DNA of 64,000 nucleotides from an uncultured Clostridium sp. (GCA_964625335.1 CAZVBE010000001.1:28463-92462); one strand, 5' to 3'. Numbered from the stretch's first letter, positions 1 to 11,954 are shown. Numbers and translations: made by a program. Notes: generated by a model not told the origin, from the sequence alone.

Positions 1-5
1 CGGTA

Positions 6-452
6 ATGCAGAGAAGTATTATGAGGGTATTCAATGTGGAAGAATCCTCCGCTTTACTGAATATGCCGGTGCAGGGCCCTATAACTTCCGGGTATGGTAT
101 CAGGACCCACCCGGTCTTTAAGGTTGAAAAAAAACACGATGGAATAGATATTGGGGCTCCGGTAGGGGAACCTGTCAAAGCTGCCCTTTCGGGTACGGTG
201 ATAGAGGTCAGAACCGATGAAAATTATGGGAATATAGTGGTTATTGACCACGGCAGTAATTTGAAAACTCTATACGGGCATCTGGATGAAATAAAGGTCT
301 CGGAAAATCAACAGGTATTCCGGGGGGAGGAGATAGGTCTGGTGGGCAATTCAGGCATTAGCACCGGCTCCCACCTTCATTTCGAGGTCTGGATAAACGA
401 CAGGCCTGTGGACCCCGCCAATGAGCTGGATACAAGCTTTAATAGCATGTAA
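6..452 (+). CDS. M23/LytM-family metallopeptidase, C-terminal part. The frame is open to the window edge, so the gene is probably 5'-truncated here. It occupies the spoIVFA position.
   Basis: HDGIDIG (HxxxD) and GSHLHFEV (HxH) M23 zinc-site motifs. It lies 14 nt upstream of a SpoIVFB-like protease gene. Confidence 0.8.
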   Translation: MQRSIMRVFNVEESSALLNMPVQGPITSGYGIRTHPVFKVEKKHDGIDIGAPVGEPVKAALSGTVIEVRTDENYGNIVVIDHGSNLKTLYGHLDEIKVSENQQVFRGEEIGLVGNSGISTGSHLHFEVWINDRPVDPANELDTSFNSM

Positions 453-466
453 AAGGGGGCGGGGGC

Positions 467-1351
467 ATGAAGCTGGCCAGAATAAGGGGGATTGACATAC
501 TGGTCAATCCTTTGGTAATTGTTTTGGCTGCAGCAGGAATTTGTCTTGGCTATTTTACTAAGGGACTTATACTGGTTGCAGCGGTGCTATGCCATGAAGC
601 AGCCCATTCGGTTATGGCAGGGTTTTTGGGATACAGGCTGGACGAAATCAAGCTGTTTCCTTTGGGAGGTGTAATCAGAATAGGAGGCATGTTCGAACTG
701 GATCCGGGACGGGAAATAATGATTGCGCTGGCGGGTCCGGTTATTAATATGTCTTTGGCTGTATTGGCTTTGGGCCTTAAACCCTACGGTTTTGCAACAG
801 AACAATATACAGACTTTTTTATCGCGGTAAATACTGTGATAGCGTTGTTTAACCTGCTTCCTGCCCTTCCTTTGGACGGGGGCAGAGTTTTAAGATCATT
901 ACTATCTTACAGGTGGGGTATTGCAAGGGCTACCCGGGTAGTATGGCTGCTGGGAAGAATTGCTGCAGTGCTGCTGGCTCTCTTGTCATTATACCGGGGT
1001 GTTGGCAATCCACTGGAGGTAACAATGCTTGCAGCCGCTGTTTTTTTGTTTTTTGCAGGGACAAAGGAAAGAAAAATGGCAGCCTTTCTAATGTATAACC
1101 AGGTGGGGTACAAGAAGGACCTGCTTAAGAACAGGGGACTTTTAAAATCAAAGTCTCTGGCGGTTGACCACAACGCTTACGGGAAAAGGGTTATCAGCCG
1201 TTTTGTGCCGGGCTGTTATCATATAGTGTATGTAATTGGCAAGGATGGCCAAGTGCTCGGAAGGGTTGGTGAACAGGAAGTATTTTATGGGATAATGAAA
1301 TACGGGTACAACGTGAGAATGATAGATATAGTAAAAATGTACAATTCATAG
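467..1351 (+). CDS. spoIVFB: site-2 (M50) intramembrane metalloprotease, SpoIVFB-like
   Basis: HEAAH (HExxH) in a hydrophobic helix, NLLPALPLDGG motif, several TM segments and a CBS-like C-terminus. The gene order with rplU-prp-rpmA-obg mirrors the Bacillus spoIVF-rplU-obg locus. Confidence 0.75.
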   Translation: MKLARIRGIDILVNPLVIVLAAAGICLGYFTKGLILVAAVLCHEAAHSVMAGFLGYRLDEIKLFPLGGVIRIGGMFELDPGREIMIALAGPVINMSLAVLALGLKPYGFATEQYTDFFIAVNTVIALFNLLPALPLDGGRVLRSLLSYRWGIARATRVVWLLGRIAAVLLALLSLYRGVGNPLEVTMLAAAVFLFFAGTKERKMAAFLMYNQVGYKKDLLKNRGLLKSKSLAVDHNAYGKRVISRFVPGCYHIVYVIGKDGQVLGRVGEQEVFYGIMKYGYNVRMIDIVKMYNS

Positions 1352-1502
1352 ATAGTATGTAAATTTTATTATATAATAATTGTATGACATCATACTGCAG
1401 CGGGTAATCGGATGTCGGAGCTTAGTTATTGCAGTTAATATAGTTTAAGGGTTTATGGAATACTAGTTTCTGAACATAAGGAAAAGCACGGGAGGATATG
1501 TA

Positions 1503-3353
1503 ATGACGTCTAAGGACATTGAAGGATTGCTAAATGAAGTGGAAAAACCGGCAAGGTATACCGGCGGTGAATACAACAGCGTATATAAGGATAAAGAGCA
1601 AATAGATATAAGGTTTGCCTTTGCTTTTCCGGATGTCTACGAGATTGCGATGTCCCATCTGGGCCTCAGGATTTTGTACTATCTGCTCAATATGAGGGAA
1701 GACACATGGTGCGAAAGGGTGTTTGCCCCCTGGACCGATATGGAGGATTTGATGAGGGAGAACGGAATACCCCTGTTCGCACTAGAAAGCAGAGACCCGG
1801 TAGCGGAGTTTGATTTTATTGGATTTACTCTGCAATATGAAATGAGCTACTCAAACATAGTGAATATGCTCTCGCTGTCAGGCATTCCCATGCAAAGCAG
1901 TCAAAGGGACAAAGGTCACCCCTTTGTAATAGCGGGGGGACCGTGCGCATATAACGGAGAGCCTCTGGCGGACATATTCGATTTTTTTGTTCTGGGAGAG
2001 GGAGAAGAGGTCCTAACTACGATTTTGGACACGTACCTGGTATGGAAAAGCCGGGGCGGTTCGCGCCGCGAATTCCTGGAAAGGGCAGCGCTGATAGAGG
2101 GGGTATATGTTCCTTCTCTGTACAATGTTGAGTACAGGGATGACGGCACCATTGAAAGCGTACGGCCGATTAGCGACAGGTTTCCACAGAGAATAAACAA
2201 GGTTATAGTAAGAGACCTAAATACCGTTTTCTTTCCTGACAAGATTATTGTACCCTTTATGGATATTGTTCACGACAGGATAATACTCGAATTATTCAGG
2301 GGATGTGTCCGGGGATGCAGATTCTGTCAGGCGGGTATGGTTTACCGGCCGGTAAGGGAAAAAAATCCGGGCATCCTTGCCGGGCAGGCGGAAAAACTGA
2401 TAAAAAACACCGGCTATGAGGAAGTTTCACTGTCTTCCCTAAGCACCAGCGATTATTCAAAGCTTCAGCCGCTGGTACAGGGACTTATCCAGGCCCACGG
2501 CGGCAAAAAGGTTGGTTTATCCCTGCCGTCTATGAGAATAGACAGCTTCTCGCTGAATTTGATTAAGGAAATTCAGAAGGTGCGAAAAACCGGCCTCACC
2601 TTTGCACCCGAGGCAGGAACCCAAAGGCTTCGGGATGTAATTAACAAAGGAGTGACCGAAGCCGACCTTATGATTGCTGCGGGGGACGCCTTTGAAGCCG
2701 GCTATGACAATGTGAAGCTGTATTTTATGATAGGCCTCCCTACTGAAACAGAAGAAGACATAGATGGTATTTCGGATTTGGCATTTAAAGCGGTGGACAA
2801 ATATTTTGCGACGGATAAGAGAAATAGGGGCAGAAATCTAAGGGTAACGGTAAGCACTTCCTGTTTCGTGCCCAAACCCTTTACACCGTTTCAGTGGCAG
2901 CCCCAGGACAGCATGCAGTCATTCAAGGATAAGCAGCAGCGGTTAAAGAGTAAGCTCAGGCACAGGGCAATTAACTATAACTGGCATCAACCCGAGACAA
3001 GCTTCCTTGAAGCGGTATTTGCAAGGGGTGACCGCAGGCTGGGAAAGGTTTTGATAAGGGCATGGGAACTGGGTTGTCGCTTTGACGGATGGAAGGAGCA
3101 CTTTGACTACGGGAAATGGAGCAGAGCCTTTGAGGAATGTGGTATAGACCCTGACTTTTACGCTTTAAGGCAGAGAGACTATGGAGAGGTACTGCCCTGG
3201 GACCATATAAATGTTGGTGTGTCCCGGGAATTCCTAAAGGGAGAAAACGAAAGGGCCCTTACGGGCGAGACAACCCCGTACTGCCGGGAGGGCTGTATAA
3301 ACTGCGGTATATCCGAACTGTTCGATGGAGGAATTTGCAATGCCGGTGATTAG
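1503..3353 (+). CDS. radical SAM protein (B12-binding-domain-type; the family usually paired or fused with DUF2344)
   Basis: CVRGCRFCQAG (Cx3Cx2C) radical-SAM cluster motif, 616 aa, followed by an overlapping DUF2344-like gene. Confidence 0.85.
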   Translation: MTSKDIEGLLNEVEKPARYTGGEYNSVYKDKEQIDIRFAFAFPDVYEIAMSHLGLRILYYLLNMREDTWCERVFAPWTDMEDLMRENGIPLFALESRDPVAEFDFIGFTLQYEMSYSNIVNMLSLSGIPMQSSQRDKGHPFVIAGGPCAYNGEPLADIFDFFVLGEGEEVLTTILDTYLVWKSRGGSRREFLERAALIEGVYVPSLYNVEYRDDGTIESVRPISDRFPQRINKVIVRDLNTVFFPDKIIVPFMDIVHDRIILELFRGCVRGCRFCQAGMVYRPVREKNPGILAGQAEKLIKNTGYEEVSLSSLSTSDYSKLQPLVQGLIQAHGGKKVGLSLPSMRIDSFSLNLIKEIQKVRKTGLTFAPEAGTQRLRDVINKGVTEADLMIAAGDAFEAGYDNVKLYFMIGLPTETEEDIDGISDLAFKAVDKYFATDKRNRGRNLRVTVSTSCFVPKPFTPFQWQPQDSMQSFKDKQQRLKSKLRHRAINYNWHQPETSFLEAVFARGDRRLGKVLIRAWELGCRFDGWKEHFDYGKWSRAFEECGIDPDFYALRQRDYGEVLPWDHINVGVSREFLKGENERALTGETTPYCREGCINCGISELFDGGICNAGD

Positions 3354-4035
3354 AATAGAATTTCAAAAAGAAGGCAGCACAAAGTATATTTCGCATCTGG
3401 ACCTTATGCGGACGATTCAGAGGTCGGTAAGGAGGGCGGATATTCCTGTTGAATACACAAAGGGCTTTAACCCTCATTCAAGAATATCCTACGGGCCCGC
3501 CCTTGCCGTCGGTGTGAGCAGCAGCGGTGAATACCTGGACATGGAGATTAAAGAGCAGCTTGACCAGGACCGGCTAATCGAAAGGTTAAATACCAGCCTG
3601 CCCTCAGGTATTAGGGCAACCGCTGCGAGATATGTACCCGACGGGTCTTCTTCCCTTGCTTCAGTAATAAATGCGGCCTGTTATTCAATAGACGGGCGGG
3701 CACAGCCGCAGAACGGGCATTTGAAGGAGAGGCTTTCAGAGTTTTTCTCTTTACCGCATGTTTTTATAGAAAAGACGGATAAAAAAGGCAGAAAAAAGCA
3801 GGTGGATATTATACCAATGATATTGGATATTGAAAAAATACTGGTACAGGACGGGAGGGTAGTTTTGGAGGTTATTCTTGAAACGGGCAGCAAAGGCAAT
3901 CTTAAACCCGCCGATCTTTTAGGCGCCATTATTAAAGAAACCGGGATAAACCTTAGGGACGTAACGATACATCGGAAAGGGCTGCTGGTAAAGAGAGGGG
4001 AAAGGTATTTTTCTCCGTTGGAAATTTTTGATTAG
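3340..4035 (+). CDS. radical-SAM-associated protein (DUF2344-like)
   Basis: ATG at 3340 is preceded by GGAGGA and overlaps the upstream radical-SAM gene by 14 nt. The N-terminus MPVIRIEFQKEGSTKYISHLDLMRTIQR is typical of this partner family, as I recall it. Confidence 0.7.
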   Translation: MPVIRIEFQKEGSTKYISHLDLMRTIQRSVRRADIPVEYTKGFNPHSRISYGPALAVGVSSSGEYLDMEIKEQLDQDRLIERLNTSLPSGIRATAARYVPDGSSSLASVINAACYSIDGRAQPQNGHLKERLSEFFSLPHVFIEKTDKKGRKKQVDIIPMILDIEKILVQDGRVVLEVILETGSKGNLKPADLLGAIIKETGINLRDVTIHRKGLLVKRGERYFSPLEIFD

Positions 4036-4098
4036 GTTAACAGGGACATTTCTTAATTAATGCGGTATGTACCCTTATATTATCTGGGAGTTGAGAAT

Positions 4099-5781
4099 AT
4101 GAATGAGATTATTGTAGATGTGAGTTTTGAACAGACCAGGGTCGCTTTGTTGGAGGATGAGCAGCTAAACGAGATATATATAGAGAGGTTTAGCAATAAA
4201 AGGATTGTTGGCAGTGTATATAAGGGAAGGGTTGAGAATGTACTCCCGGGTATGCAGGCTGCCTTTGTGAATATTGGGTTGGAGAAAAACGCCTTTTTGT
4301 ATGTTAAGGATATTTTTCTGGATTATGAAGAACTTTTTGACGGAACAGAGAGTCCCGGGAATATTTCCATTAAGGATGTACTCAAAAAGGGTCAGGAAAT
4401 CATGGTACAGGTGGTTAAGGAGCCTATAGACAGCAAGGGGCCAAGGGTTACTACAAATGTAACCCTCCCTGGAAGGTTTATGGTACTTTTGCCCAATGCC
4501 AACTATGTGGGGATTTCAAGGAGAATTGAGAACGAGGAAGAGCGCAGCAGATTAAAGGCAATAGCCCATGAGATTAAGCCGGAAAATATGGGGCTTATTA
4601 TCAGGACCGCTGCGGAAGGCAAAAAACTCCGGGATATCCGGCACGATTTAAGGCTTTTGGAAAAACTGTGGCAGGTCGTCAAAAGGAAGGAAAGGACATA
4701 TAACGCCCCCAGGATAATACACAGGGATTTAAACCTTGTTATGAAAACAGTAAGGGATATGTTTACGCGTAATATAGACCGCTTTATCATTAACAGCGGA
4801 ACGGAATACCATAAAATTTTGGAATTGCTTGACCTGATATCACCACAGCTTAAGGAAAGGGTTATTCTGTTCGATAAGGATCGGAATATATTCGATTATT
4901 ATAATGTGGAGCCCAAGATAGCCAATGCACTAAGCAGAAAGGTATGGCTTAATAACGGCGGATACATAGTAATTGACCAGACCGAGGCCCTTACCTCAAT
5001 TGACGTAAACACCGGAAGATTTGTAGGCAGTCTGGACCTTAAGGATACGGTACTCAAAACAAACCTTGAGGCGGCGGAGGAAATAGCAAGGCAGCTTAGA
5101 CTGCGGGATATTGGCGGCATAATAATAGTGGATTTCATCGATATGGAAAACACTGAAGATGACAGAATGGTATTAGAGCAATTAAAACAGTATTTAAAAC
5201 GTGACAGGACAAGAAGCAATGTGCTTGGCATGACTCAGCTGGGCCTGGTAGAGATAACCAGGAAAAAAGTGGGCAGGAGGATAGACTCCATACTGCAAAA
5301 GCCGTGCCCTTTTTGTCAGGGAAGCGGCAGGGTGCTTTCGGAGGAAACCATGGCCAACAAAATTGAGAGGGAATTAAAGAGGATTTTTTCCCAGACCACC
5401 GCCGAGGCTGCATTGATAGAAGCCCACCCATCGGTAGCGGCGTTGGTGATAGGCAGCGGGGGCGAACACCTGGGCCGCCTGGAAAAACAGCTGGGAAGGT
5501 ATATATATATTAAGGGCAGTTCACACCTGCACCCCGAGGATATTGAAGTAAAGGTTACAGGGAAAAAGGAATACGTTGAAAGCTATGCCTTTCCTGTCAG
5601 AGAGGGAGAAATACTTGACCTGTTTATATATGAACCCCATGCGGCTAATAATAATGACGGGATAGGCAGAATAGAAGGATATGTGATAAATGTGGAACGG
5701 GCGGGCAGCATGGCGGGGAAGAAGGTTAAAGTTAAAATCGTTAAGACCTACAAGACCTATGCAAAGGGCGAACTGGTTTGA
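4099..5781 (+). CDS. rng: Rne/Rng-family ribonuclease (RNase G-like)
   Basis: S1 domain (GSVYKGRVENVLPGMQAAFVNIG) and catalytic-core motifs ALTSIDVNTGRF and GGIIIVDFIDM. The start is preferred at MNEIIVD (4099) over the upstream ATG at 4060. Confidence 0.85.
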   Translation: MNEIIVDVSFEQTRVALLEDEQLNEIYIERFSNKRIVGSVYKGRVENVLPGMQAAFVNIGLEKNAFLYVKDIFLDYEELFDGTESPGNISIKDVLKKGQEIMVQVVKEPIDSKGPRVTTNVTLPGRFMVLLPNANYVGISRRIENEEERSRLKAIAHEIKPENMGLIIRTAAEGKKLRDIRHDLRLLEKLWQVVKRKERTYNAPRIIHRDLNLVMKTVRDMFTRNIDRFIINSGTEYHKILELLDLISPQLKERVILFDKDRNIFDYYNVEPKIANALSRKVWLNNGGYIVIDQTEALTSIDVNTGRFVGSLDLKDTVLKTNLEAAEEIARQLRLRDIGGIIIVDFIDMENTEDDRMVLEQLKQYLKRDRTRSNVLGMTQLGLVEITRKKVGRRIDSILQKPCPFCQGSGRVLSEETMANKIERELKRIFSQTTAEAALIEAHPSVAALVIGSGGEHLGRLEKQLGRYIYIKGSSHLHPEDIEVKVTGKKEYVESYAFPVREGEILDLFIYEPHAANNNDGIGRIEGYVINVERAGSMAGKKVKVKIVKTYKTYAKGELV

Positions 5782-5806
5782 CAGGATGCATTTGCAGTGG
5801 TATAAT
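5778..5806 (+). promoter_or_regulatory. consensus sigma-A promoter for rplU-prp-rpmA
   Basis: TTGACA (5778-5783), a 17-nt spacer, then TATAAT (5801-5806). This leaves a ~90-nt 5' UTR, where an L21-leader-type autoregulatory RNA sits in many Firmicutes. I did not verify such a structure. Confidence 0.7.
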
Positions 5807-5898
5807 ACTTAAGTTGTAAGTAGCCGCACGGATCGGGTTTTTAAACGCATAAAACGTACCTGTATTCGGCGAGACTGGGTTGAGGAGGTGTGCTGGAC

Positions 5899-6210
5899 AT
5901 GTATGCTTTAATAGAAACCGGAGGTAAGCAGTATAAGGTGGAAGAGGGAGATATCCTCTCGGTTGAAAAACTGAAAACCGGCGAAGGTGAAAAGGTCAGC
6001 TTTGACAAGGTGCTTATGGTGAGCAGTGAAGAAGGTGTTAAGGTTGGCAAGCCCTATGTAGAAGGGGCGGCGGTAGAAGGGGAAGTAATGCTTCACGGCA
6101 AGGATAAAAAGGTTATTGTATTCAAATACAAGGCTAAAAAGAATTACAAACGGAAGCAGGGACATCGTCAGCCGTTTACCAGGATAAAAATAAGCAAAAT
6201 TACAGGATAA
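5899..6210 (+). CDS. rplU: 50S ribosomal protein L21
   Basis: [19 protein letters not shown]-terminus and a basic C-terminus. Confidence 0.95.
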   Translation: MYALIETGGKQYKVEEGDILSVEKLKTGEGEKVSFDKVLMVSSEEGVKVGKPYVEGAAVEGEVMLHGKDKKVIVFKYKAKKNYKRKQGHRQPFTRIKISKITG

Positions 6211-6216
6211 ACCGGT

Positions 6217-6546
6217 ATGATAACTGCTTATGTAAAAAGAGATAACAAAAAAAGTGTTGTTGAGTATAGGATAACAGGTCATGCCAACTGTGGCGAATAC
6301 GGCAGGGATGTTGTTTGCAGTGCAGTTTCGGTGCTTGCCCAGGCGATAATCATAGGTCTGACAAAGACCATGGGAATAAAGCCGGACTACTCGATAGACG
6401 GAGGCGACCTGTATTGTGCCATACCCCCCCTTGATGAAAAAAGGAGAAGGGAAGCCGACTTGTTGCTTGATACTATGTTTTACACTCTAAAGAGTATCAG
6501 GGACAGTTATCCTGAAAATATTTCGATATTTGAAACGGAGGTGTAA
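6217..6546 (+). CDS. prp: ribosomal-processing cysteine protease Prp (YsxB family)
   Basis: GHA...VVCSAVS motif. It lies between rplU and an rpmA that carries the cleavable N-terminal extension. Confidence 0.85.
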   Translation: MITAYVKRDNKKSVVEYRITGHANCGEYGRDVVCSAVSVLAQAIIIGLTKTMGIKPDYSIDGGDLYCAIPPLDEKRRREADLLLDTMFYTLKSIRDSYPENISIFETEV

Positions 6547-6549
6547 CAG

Positions 6550-6840
6550 ATGTTTAAAATAGATTTGCAATTATTTGCCCATAAAAAGGGAGTAGGGAGT
6601 TCCAGGAACGGAAGGGACAGCGAATCCAAAAGACTGGGCGCAAAAAGAGGAGACGGCCAGTACGTACTTGCAGGTAATATCCTGGTCCGGCAGAGGGGTA
6701 CGAAGATACACCCCGGCAACAATGTTGACAGGGGCGGGGATGATACGCTGTTTGCTCTGATAAATGGAGTGGTACGCTACGAGAAGAAAGGTAAGGACAA
6801 AAAGCAGGTCAGCGTATACGAAAAAGAGGCAATTGTATAA
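6550..6840 (+). CDS. rpmA: 50S ribosomal protein L27 (with N-terminal Prp-cleaved extension)
   Basis: [30 protein letters not shown]. Confidence 0.95.
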   Translation: MFKIDLQLFAHKKGVGSSRNGRDSESKRLGAKRGDGQYVLAGNILVRQRGTKIHPGNNVDRGGDDTLFALINGVVRYEKKGKDKKQVSVYEKEAIV

Positions 6841-6842
6841 AA

Positions 6843-6869
6843 ACCTTCCGTTAAGGAAGGTTTTTTTTT
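6843..6869 (+). terminator. rho-independent terminator after rpmA
   Basis: AACCTTCC-gtta-AGGAAGGTT followed by a T-run. Confidence 0.8.
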
Positions 6870-6932
6870 ACCGCTGACGGGTGGATAATAATAGCAGTTG
6901 TCTGGTAAAACTAATTACGGGTGGTGGTTTAA

Positions 6933-8436
<1,504 letters not shown>

Positions 8437-8437
8437 A

Positions 8438-8464
8438 GGAACAGGCAGAGGCCTGTTCCTTTTG
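8438..8464 (+). terminator. rho-independent terminator
   Basis: GGAACAGGC-agag-GCCTGTTCC followed by TTTT. Confidence 0.75.
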
Positions 8465-8514
8465 ATTGAATATTTTTCCATTATTAAGGGATAATTAAGA
8501 GGGGAGGTGGCAAA

Positions 8515-9504
8515 ATGGAAACAACGATAAGGCGTATTAAAGAATGGATATCCGCCCGGCTGCGGGAGGCACAGATACAGGACTATTATTACAGCGGTGG
8601 AAATACTTCAAAGCATTACAGGGCAAGGAGTATGGACCGGCTGTCTGCCAGGATGGCAGTATTTGTGTTGACAGCCGTATCTTTTTACGTTTATACGGGG
8701 AATTTTTTTGCAGCCCTGTTCTTCGGTGGGGTTTGCACATATTTGTTTGACAGGCTTGCAATGCAATTAAGGAATAAACGGAGCGAAAAAAACCGGGCAG
8801 TATTGCTGGAAAAAGAAGGTATAGACAGGTTTACACAGTTATTGGAGGATAAAGATAACCGCGGTTTCTTTGAAATAATCTTTGAAACGCTCAAAAAAAC
8901 CTGCCTGTTTAAAGGTCTTAAGCTTATTGAAGACGACGAAGGCCGGCCGCTAATAATTACCGGAGAATTCAAGGGAGAAAAAGTCGGAATTTATGCCAAC
9001 AGGCTGGGAAAGGATGCATCGGTCAAGGAGGCGAATCTGAAAGAATTCGTGCAGTACTGCAAAAGCAGACAACTGGGAAACGGTATATATATTGCCAGCG
9101 GCCCCTTTGATTATGCCAGCAGGGGATATGCAGCGGGTCTCGATTCCTTTAACCTGTATATAGCGGATACCCAGACCATATACAGAGCATTTATTAAAAA
9201 GGGTTTCTTGTTTTCTATGGATGATTTGGAGGAGAAACTGGAACAGAGAGTATTTGAGCATAACAAAGAAACCCAGCACAGCCTTAAAAGAATACTCGCC
9301 TACAGGCGTATAAGGACGTATATCGTGCTGGGTGTACTGATTGCGGTATATTCCGCCTATGTACCCTATTCTGTTTATTACATACTGGTCTCCATAGTCC
9401 TTTTGTGCCTTTCTCTGACTGCGCTTATCAGATGGAAGATTGAAAAATTCATGGAGGATTCCGAAAACAGTATAAAACTGGACAGCCTGATGGATGCAGA
9501 ATGA
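8515..9504 (+). CDS. membrane protein with a central restriction-endonuclease-like (Mrr-cat-like, apparently degenerate) domain
   Basis: Hydrophobic helices at both ends. The central segment KVGIYANRLGKDASVKEANLKEFVQYCKSRQLGNGIYIASGPFDYASRGYA has the layout of Mrr-type domains, but I cannot see the catalytic QxK. Confidence 0.5.
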   Translation: METTIRRIKEWISARLREAQIQDYYYSGGNTSKHYRARSMDRLSARMAVFVLTAVSFYVYTGNFFAALFFGGVCTYLFDRLAMQLRNKRSEKNRAVLLEKEGIDRFTQLLEDKDNRGFFEIIFETLKKTCLFKGLKLIEDDEGRPLIITGEFKGEKVGIYANRLGKDASVKEANLKEFVQYCKSRQLGNGIYIASGPFDYASRGYAAGLDSFNLYIADTQTIYRAFIKKGFLFSMDDLEEKLEQRVFEHNKETQHSLKRILAYRRIRTYIVLGVLIAVYSAYVPYSVYYILVSIVLLCLSLTALIRWKIEKFMEDSENSIKLDSLMDAE

Positions 9505-9506
9505 TT

Positions 9507-10481
9507 TTATGCATTCGAGCGCTGTCCAATATAATCGGGCAGTTTCTCCATATCAAAGTTTCCACCGCTCACTACGCTGATTATCTTTTTGCCTTTGCCC
9601 CAGTTACCCTTTAATGCTGCCGCAACGCTGACGGCTCCTGAAGGCTCGGGAACAGTTTTGAAATATTCAATGCATATACCTATAGCCTGGAGGATTTCGG
9701 ATTCTTTAACAAGAAGGGTTGCGTCAACATACTTTTTCGCCAGTGGGAATGTTAAAGACCCCGGCTTCATTGTCAGCAGTCCGTCTGCTATTGAGTGGGT
9801 TTTTTCAAGCTGTGTGATTTCGCCCTTATCAATGGATACCGTCATAGAATTACTGCCCTCGGGTTCCACGCCTATAACCTGGATTTTGGGCTTTTGGTTT
9901 TTAATCAGCGTGGATATTCCAGATATAAGCCCTCCGCCTCCGATGGGGACCAGTATTATATCCACATCCGGTATCTGTTCCAGTATCTCAATTCCTATGG
10001 TCCCCTGCCCGGCAATTACGTCTAAATGATCGTAGGAGGGTATTTCCAGATAAGCCTTTTCCATGGCTATTTCCTTTGACCGTGCCAGCCTTTCGCTGGA
10101 AGTCTTGCCGCAGAACTCTATTTGGGCACCCCACCTGGCTACCGCACGGCTTTTAACCTTTGGAGCCGTTTCCGGCATTATTACAGTTGCCGGTATACCC
10201 AGCGTGTTTGCCACATAGGCAACTGCCTGACCGTGATTTCCGGAAGAGGCGGTTACAACACCCTTTAATGACGGCAGTTCTCTTTTTTGTTTGATGAGAC
10301 AGTTGCTCGCACCCCTTACCTTAAATGAATTGGTTGTTTGAAGGTTTTCTGCTTTCAACAAAAGCTCGAAACCAAGATCTTTTGACAAAAAGTTGGAATG
10401 TAATACAGGGGTGACATTGGCAAAGTCCCTGATGTTGGTATTGGCTTCCCATACCGACTGGAGTTTCAACAAATATACCAC
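9507..10481 (-). CDS. PLP-dependent threonine/serine dehydratase family protein
   Basis: SFKVRGA PLP-lysine motif, GGGGLISG glycine loop, 324 aa. Confidence 0.8.
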   Translation of the reverse strand: MVYLLKLQSVWEANTNIRDFANVTPVLHSNFLSKDLGFELLLKAENLQTTNSFKVRGASNCLIKQKRELPSLKGVVTASSGNHGQAVAYVANTLGIPATVIMPETAPKVKSRAVARWGAQIEFCGKTSSERLARSKEIAMEKAYLEIPSYDHLDVIAGQGTIGIEILEQIPDVDIILVPIGGGGLISGISTLIKNQKPKIQVIGVEPEGSNSMTVSIDKGEITQLEKTHSIADGLLTMKPGSLTFPLAKKYVDATLLVKESEILQAIGICIEYFKTVPEPSGAVSVAAALKGNWGKGKKIISVVSGGNFDMEKLPDYIGQRSNA

Positions 10482-10637
10482 TTCCTTTCTTTAATATATG
10501 CTGTCAGATTTATAATATCATTTTTTAAATGATATATGAATTTATTAGTAACCTAAAGATGCTTTTAATTTTATGATAATACTGTATAATGTTAGTTGTA
10601 TGCATTTAGTCGCAGTACCTGGAGGTGGATACATTAA

Positions 10638-11249
10638 ATGGAGCCCCAAAAAATTGGTATCATGGGGGGAACCTTTGATCCAATTCATTATGGACATCTG
10701 GTTACGGCTGAAGCGGCAAGGGACGAGTTCAATCTGGACAAGGTTGTGTTTGTACCGTCCGGTAATCCGCCGCACAAAAAGGATAAGCCAATAAGCCCGG
10801 GAACAGACAGGTTTTTAATGACGGTTTTGGCTACATCCAACAATCCATATTTTGAAGTTTCCGATATGGAGCTTAAGCGTGAAGGCTACACATATACCGT
10901 TGATACGCTTAGAGACTTCATTGAGATCTATGGAGGAGGCGCCCATCTGTATTTTATAACCGGCGCTGACGCGGTTATGGAAATAATAACGTGGAAGGAT
11001 GTATCCACTATCCTTAAACTATGCAGGATAGTATCCGCCTACAGGCCGGGTTCGGACATAAATAAGTTCAGGAGTATGGTTGGCGAGCTGGAGAGAGTAT
11101 ACAGAAGCAAGGTGCACCTGATAGAGGTACCGGCCCTGGCAATATCCTCGACGGAAATACGGCGCAGGGTAAGCAACAATATCACTATAAAATATCTTCT
11201 GCCCGGGAAGGTGGAAAAGTATATACAACAAAAAGGGTTGTACAGGTAA
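10638..11249 (+). CDS. nadD: nicotinate-nucleotide adenylyltransferase
   Basis: GIMGGTFDPIHYGH (HxGH) motif and ISSTEIR motif. Confidence 0.9.
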   Translation: MEPQKIGIMGGTFDPIHYGHLVTAEAARDEFNLDKVVFVPSGNPPHKKDKPISPGTDRFLMTVLATSNNPYFEVSDMELKREGYTYTVDTLRDFIEIYGGGAHLYFITGADAVMEIITWKDVSTILKLCRIVSAYRPGSDINKFRSMVGELERVYRSKVHLIEVPALAISSTEIRRRVSNNITIKYLLPGKVEKYIQQKGLYR

Positions 11250-11337
11250 AAGCCCCGCGACCGGTGGTTTGACACCTCTTGGTGTATCGGGGAGCTATAC
11301 CCGGGAACTATTAGCACAGAAATGCGTCTAATAATTA

Positions 11338-11940
11338 ATGCCATTTGATTGCGAAAAAGGGGTGGTCTGGTTGGACGGCATTAGTGATATTAAGGAAAAG
11401 CTAAAGACCATGCTGTCCTACGACAGATATATGCATTCGCTGCGGGTAACAAAGCAGGCGGTAATACTTGCCAGGCGGTTTAGAGCCGATGCCTGCAAGG
11501 CAGAAATTGCAGGGCTTTTGCACGACTGCGCAAGGGATTTAAGTCTTGGTGAGGCATTGAATGCGGCAGCCAAATTTGATATTATATTAGATAATATTAC
11601 AATAAATTCACCGGGAATAATTCATGCAGTAATAGGAGAGGCTGTTGCGAGATCCGAATTTAATATAACGGATGGTGAAATACTGGATGCCATCAGGTAT
11701 CATACAACCGGAAGGAAAGGTATGGCTCCGCTTGAAAAGATAATATTCATAGCCGATTATACAGAGTCTTCGAGGGATTTTCCCGGCGTCGGTAAGGTAA
11801 GGAGTATTCTGGAGCAAAGCCTTGACATGGCGGTGCTGTATGCGATGGAAAATACGCTGGAATATCTTATCAGTAAAAAACAGCTGATTCATCCGGATAC
11901 AATAGATGCAGTAAACAGTTTTTATCTTGATAAAGCATGA
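11338..11940 (+). CDS. yqeK: HD-domain bis(5'-nucleosyl)-tetraphosphatase YqeK (start uncertain)
   Basis: HS...LLHDCAR HD motif, and the conserved nadD-yqeK-rsfS neighbourhood. Confidence 0.8.
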   Translation: MPFDCEKGVVWLDGISDIKEKLKTMLSYDRYMHSLRVTKQAVILARRFRADACKAEIAGLLHDCARDLSLGEALNAAAKFDIILDNITINSPGIIHAVIGEAVARSEFNITDGEILDAIRYHTTGRKGMAPLEKIIFIADYTESSRDFPGVGKVRSILEQSLDMAVLYAMENTLEYLISKKQLIHPDTIDAVNSFYLDKA

Positions 11941-11954
11941 ACGGGGTGGTTTCG

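Noticed and set aside
4060-4098. Upstream ATG (4060) as the RNase G start
   Set aside because: The added residues MRYVPLYYLGVEN are not part of the conserved N-terminus. ATG 4099 gives the canonical MNEIIVD start and follows a GGGAG-type RBS.
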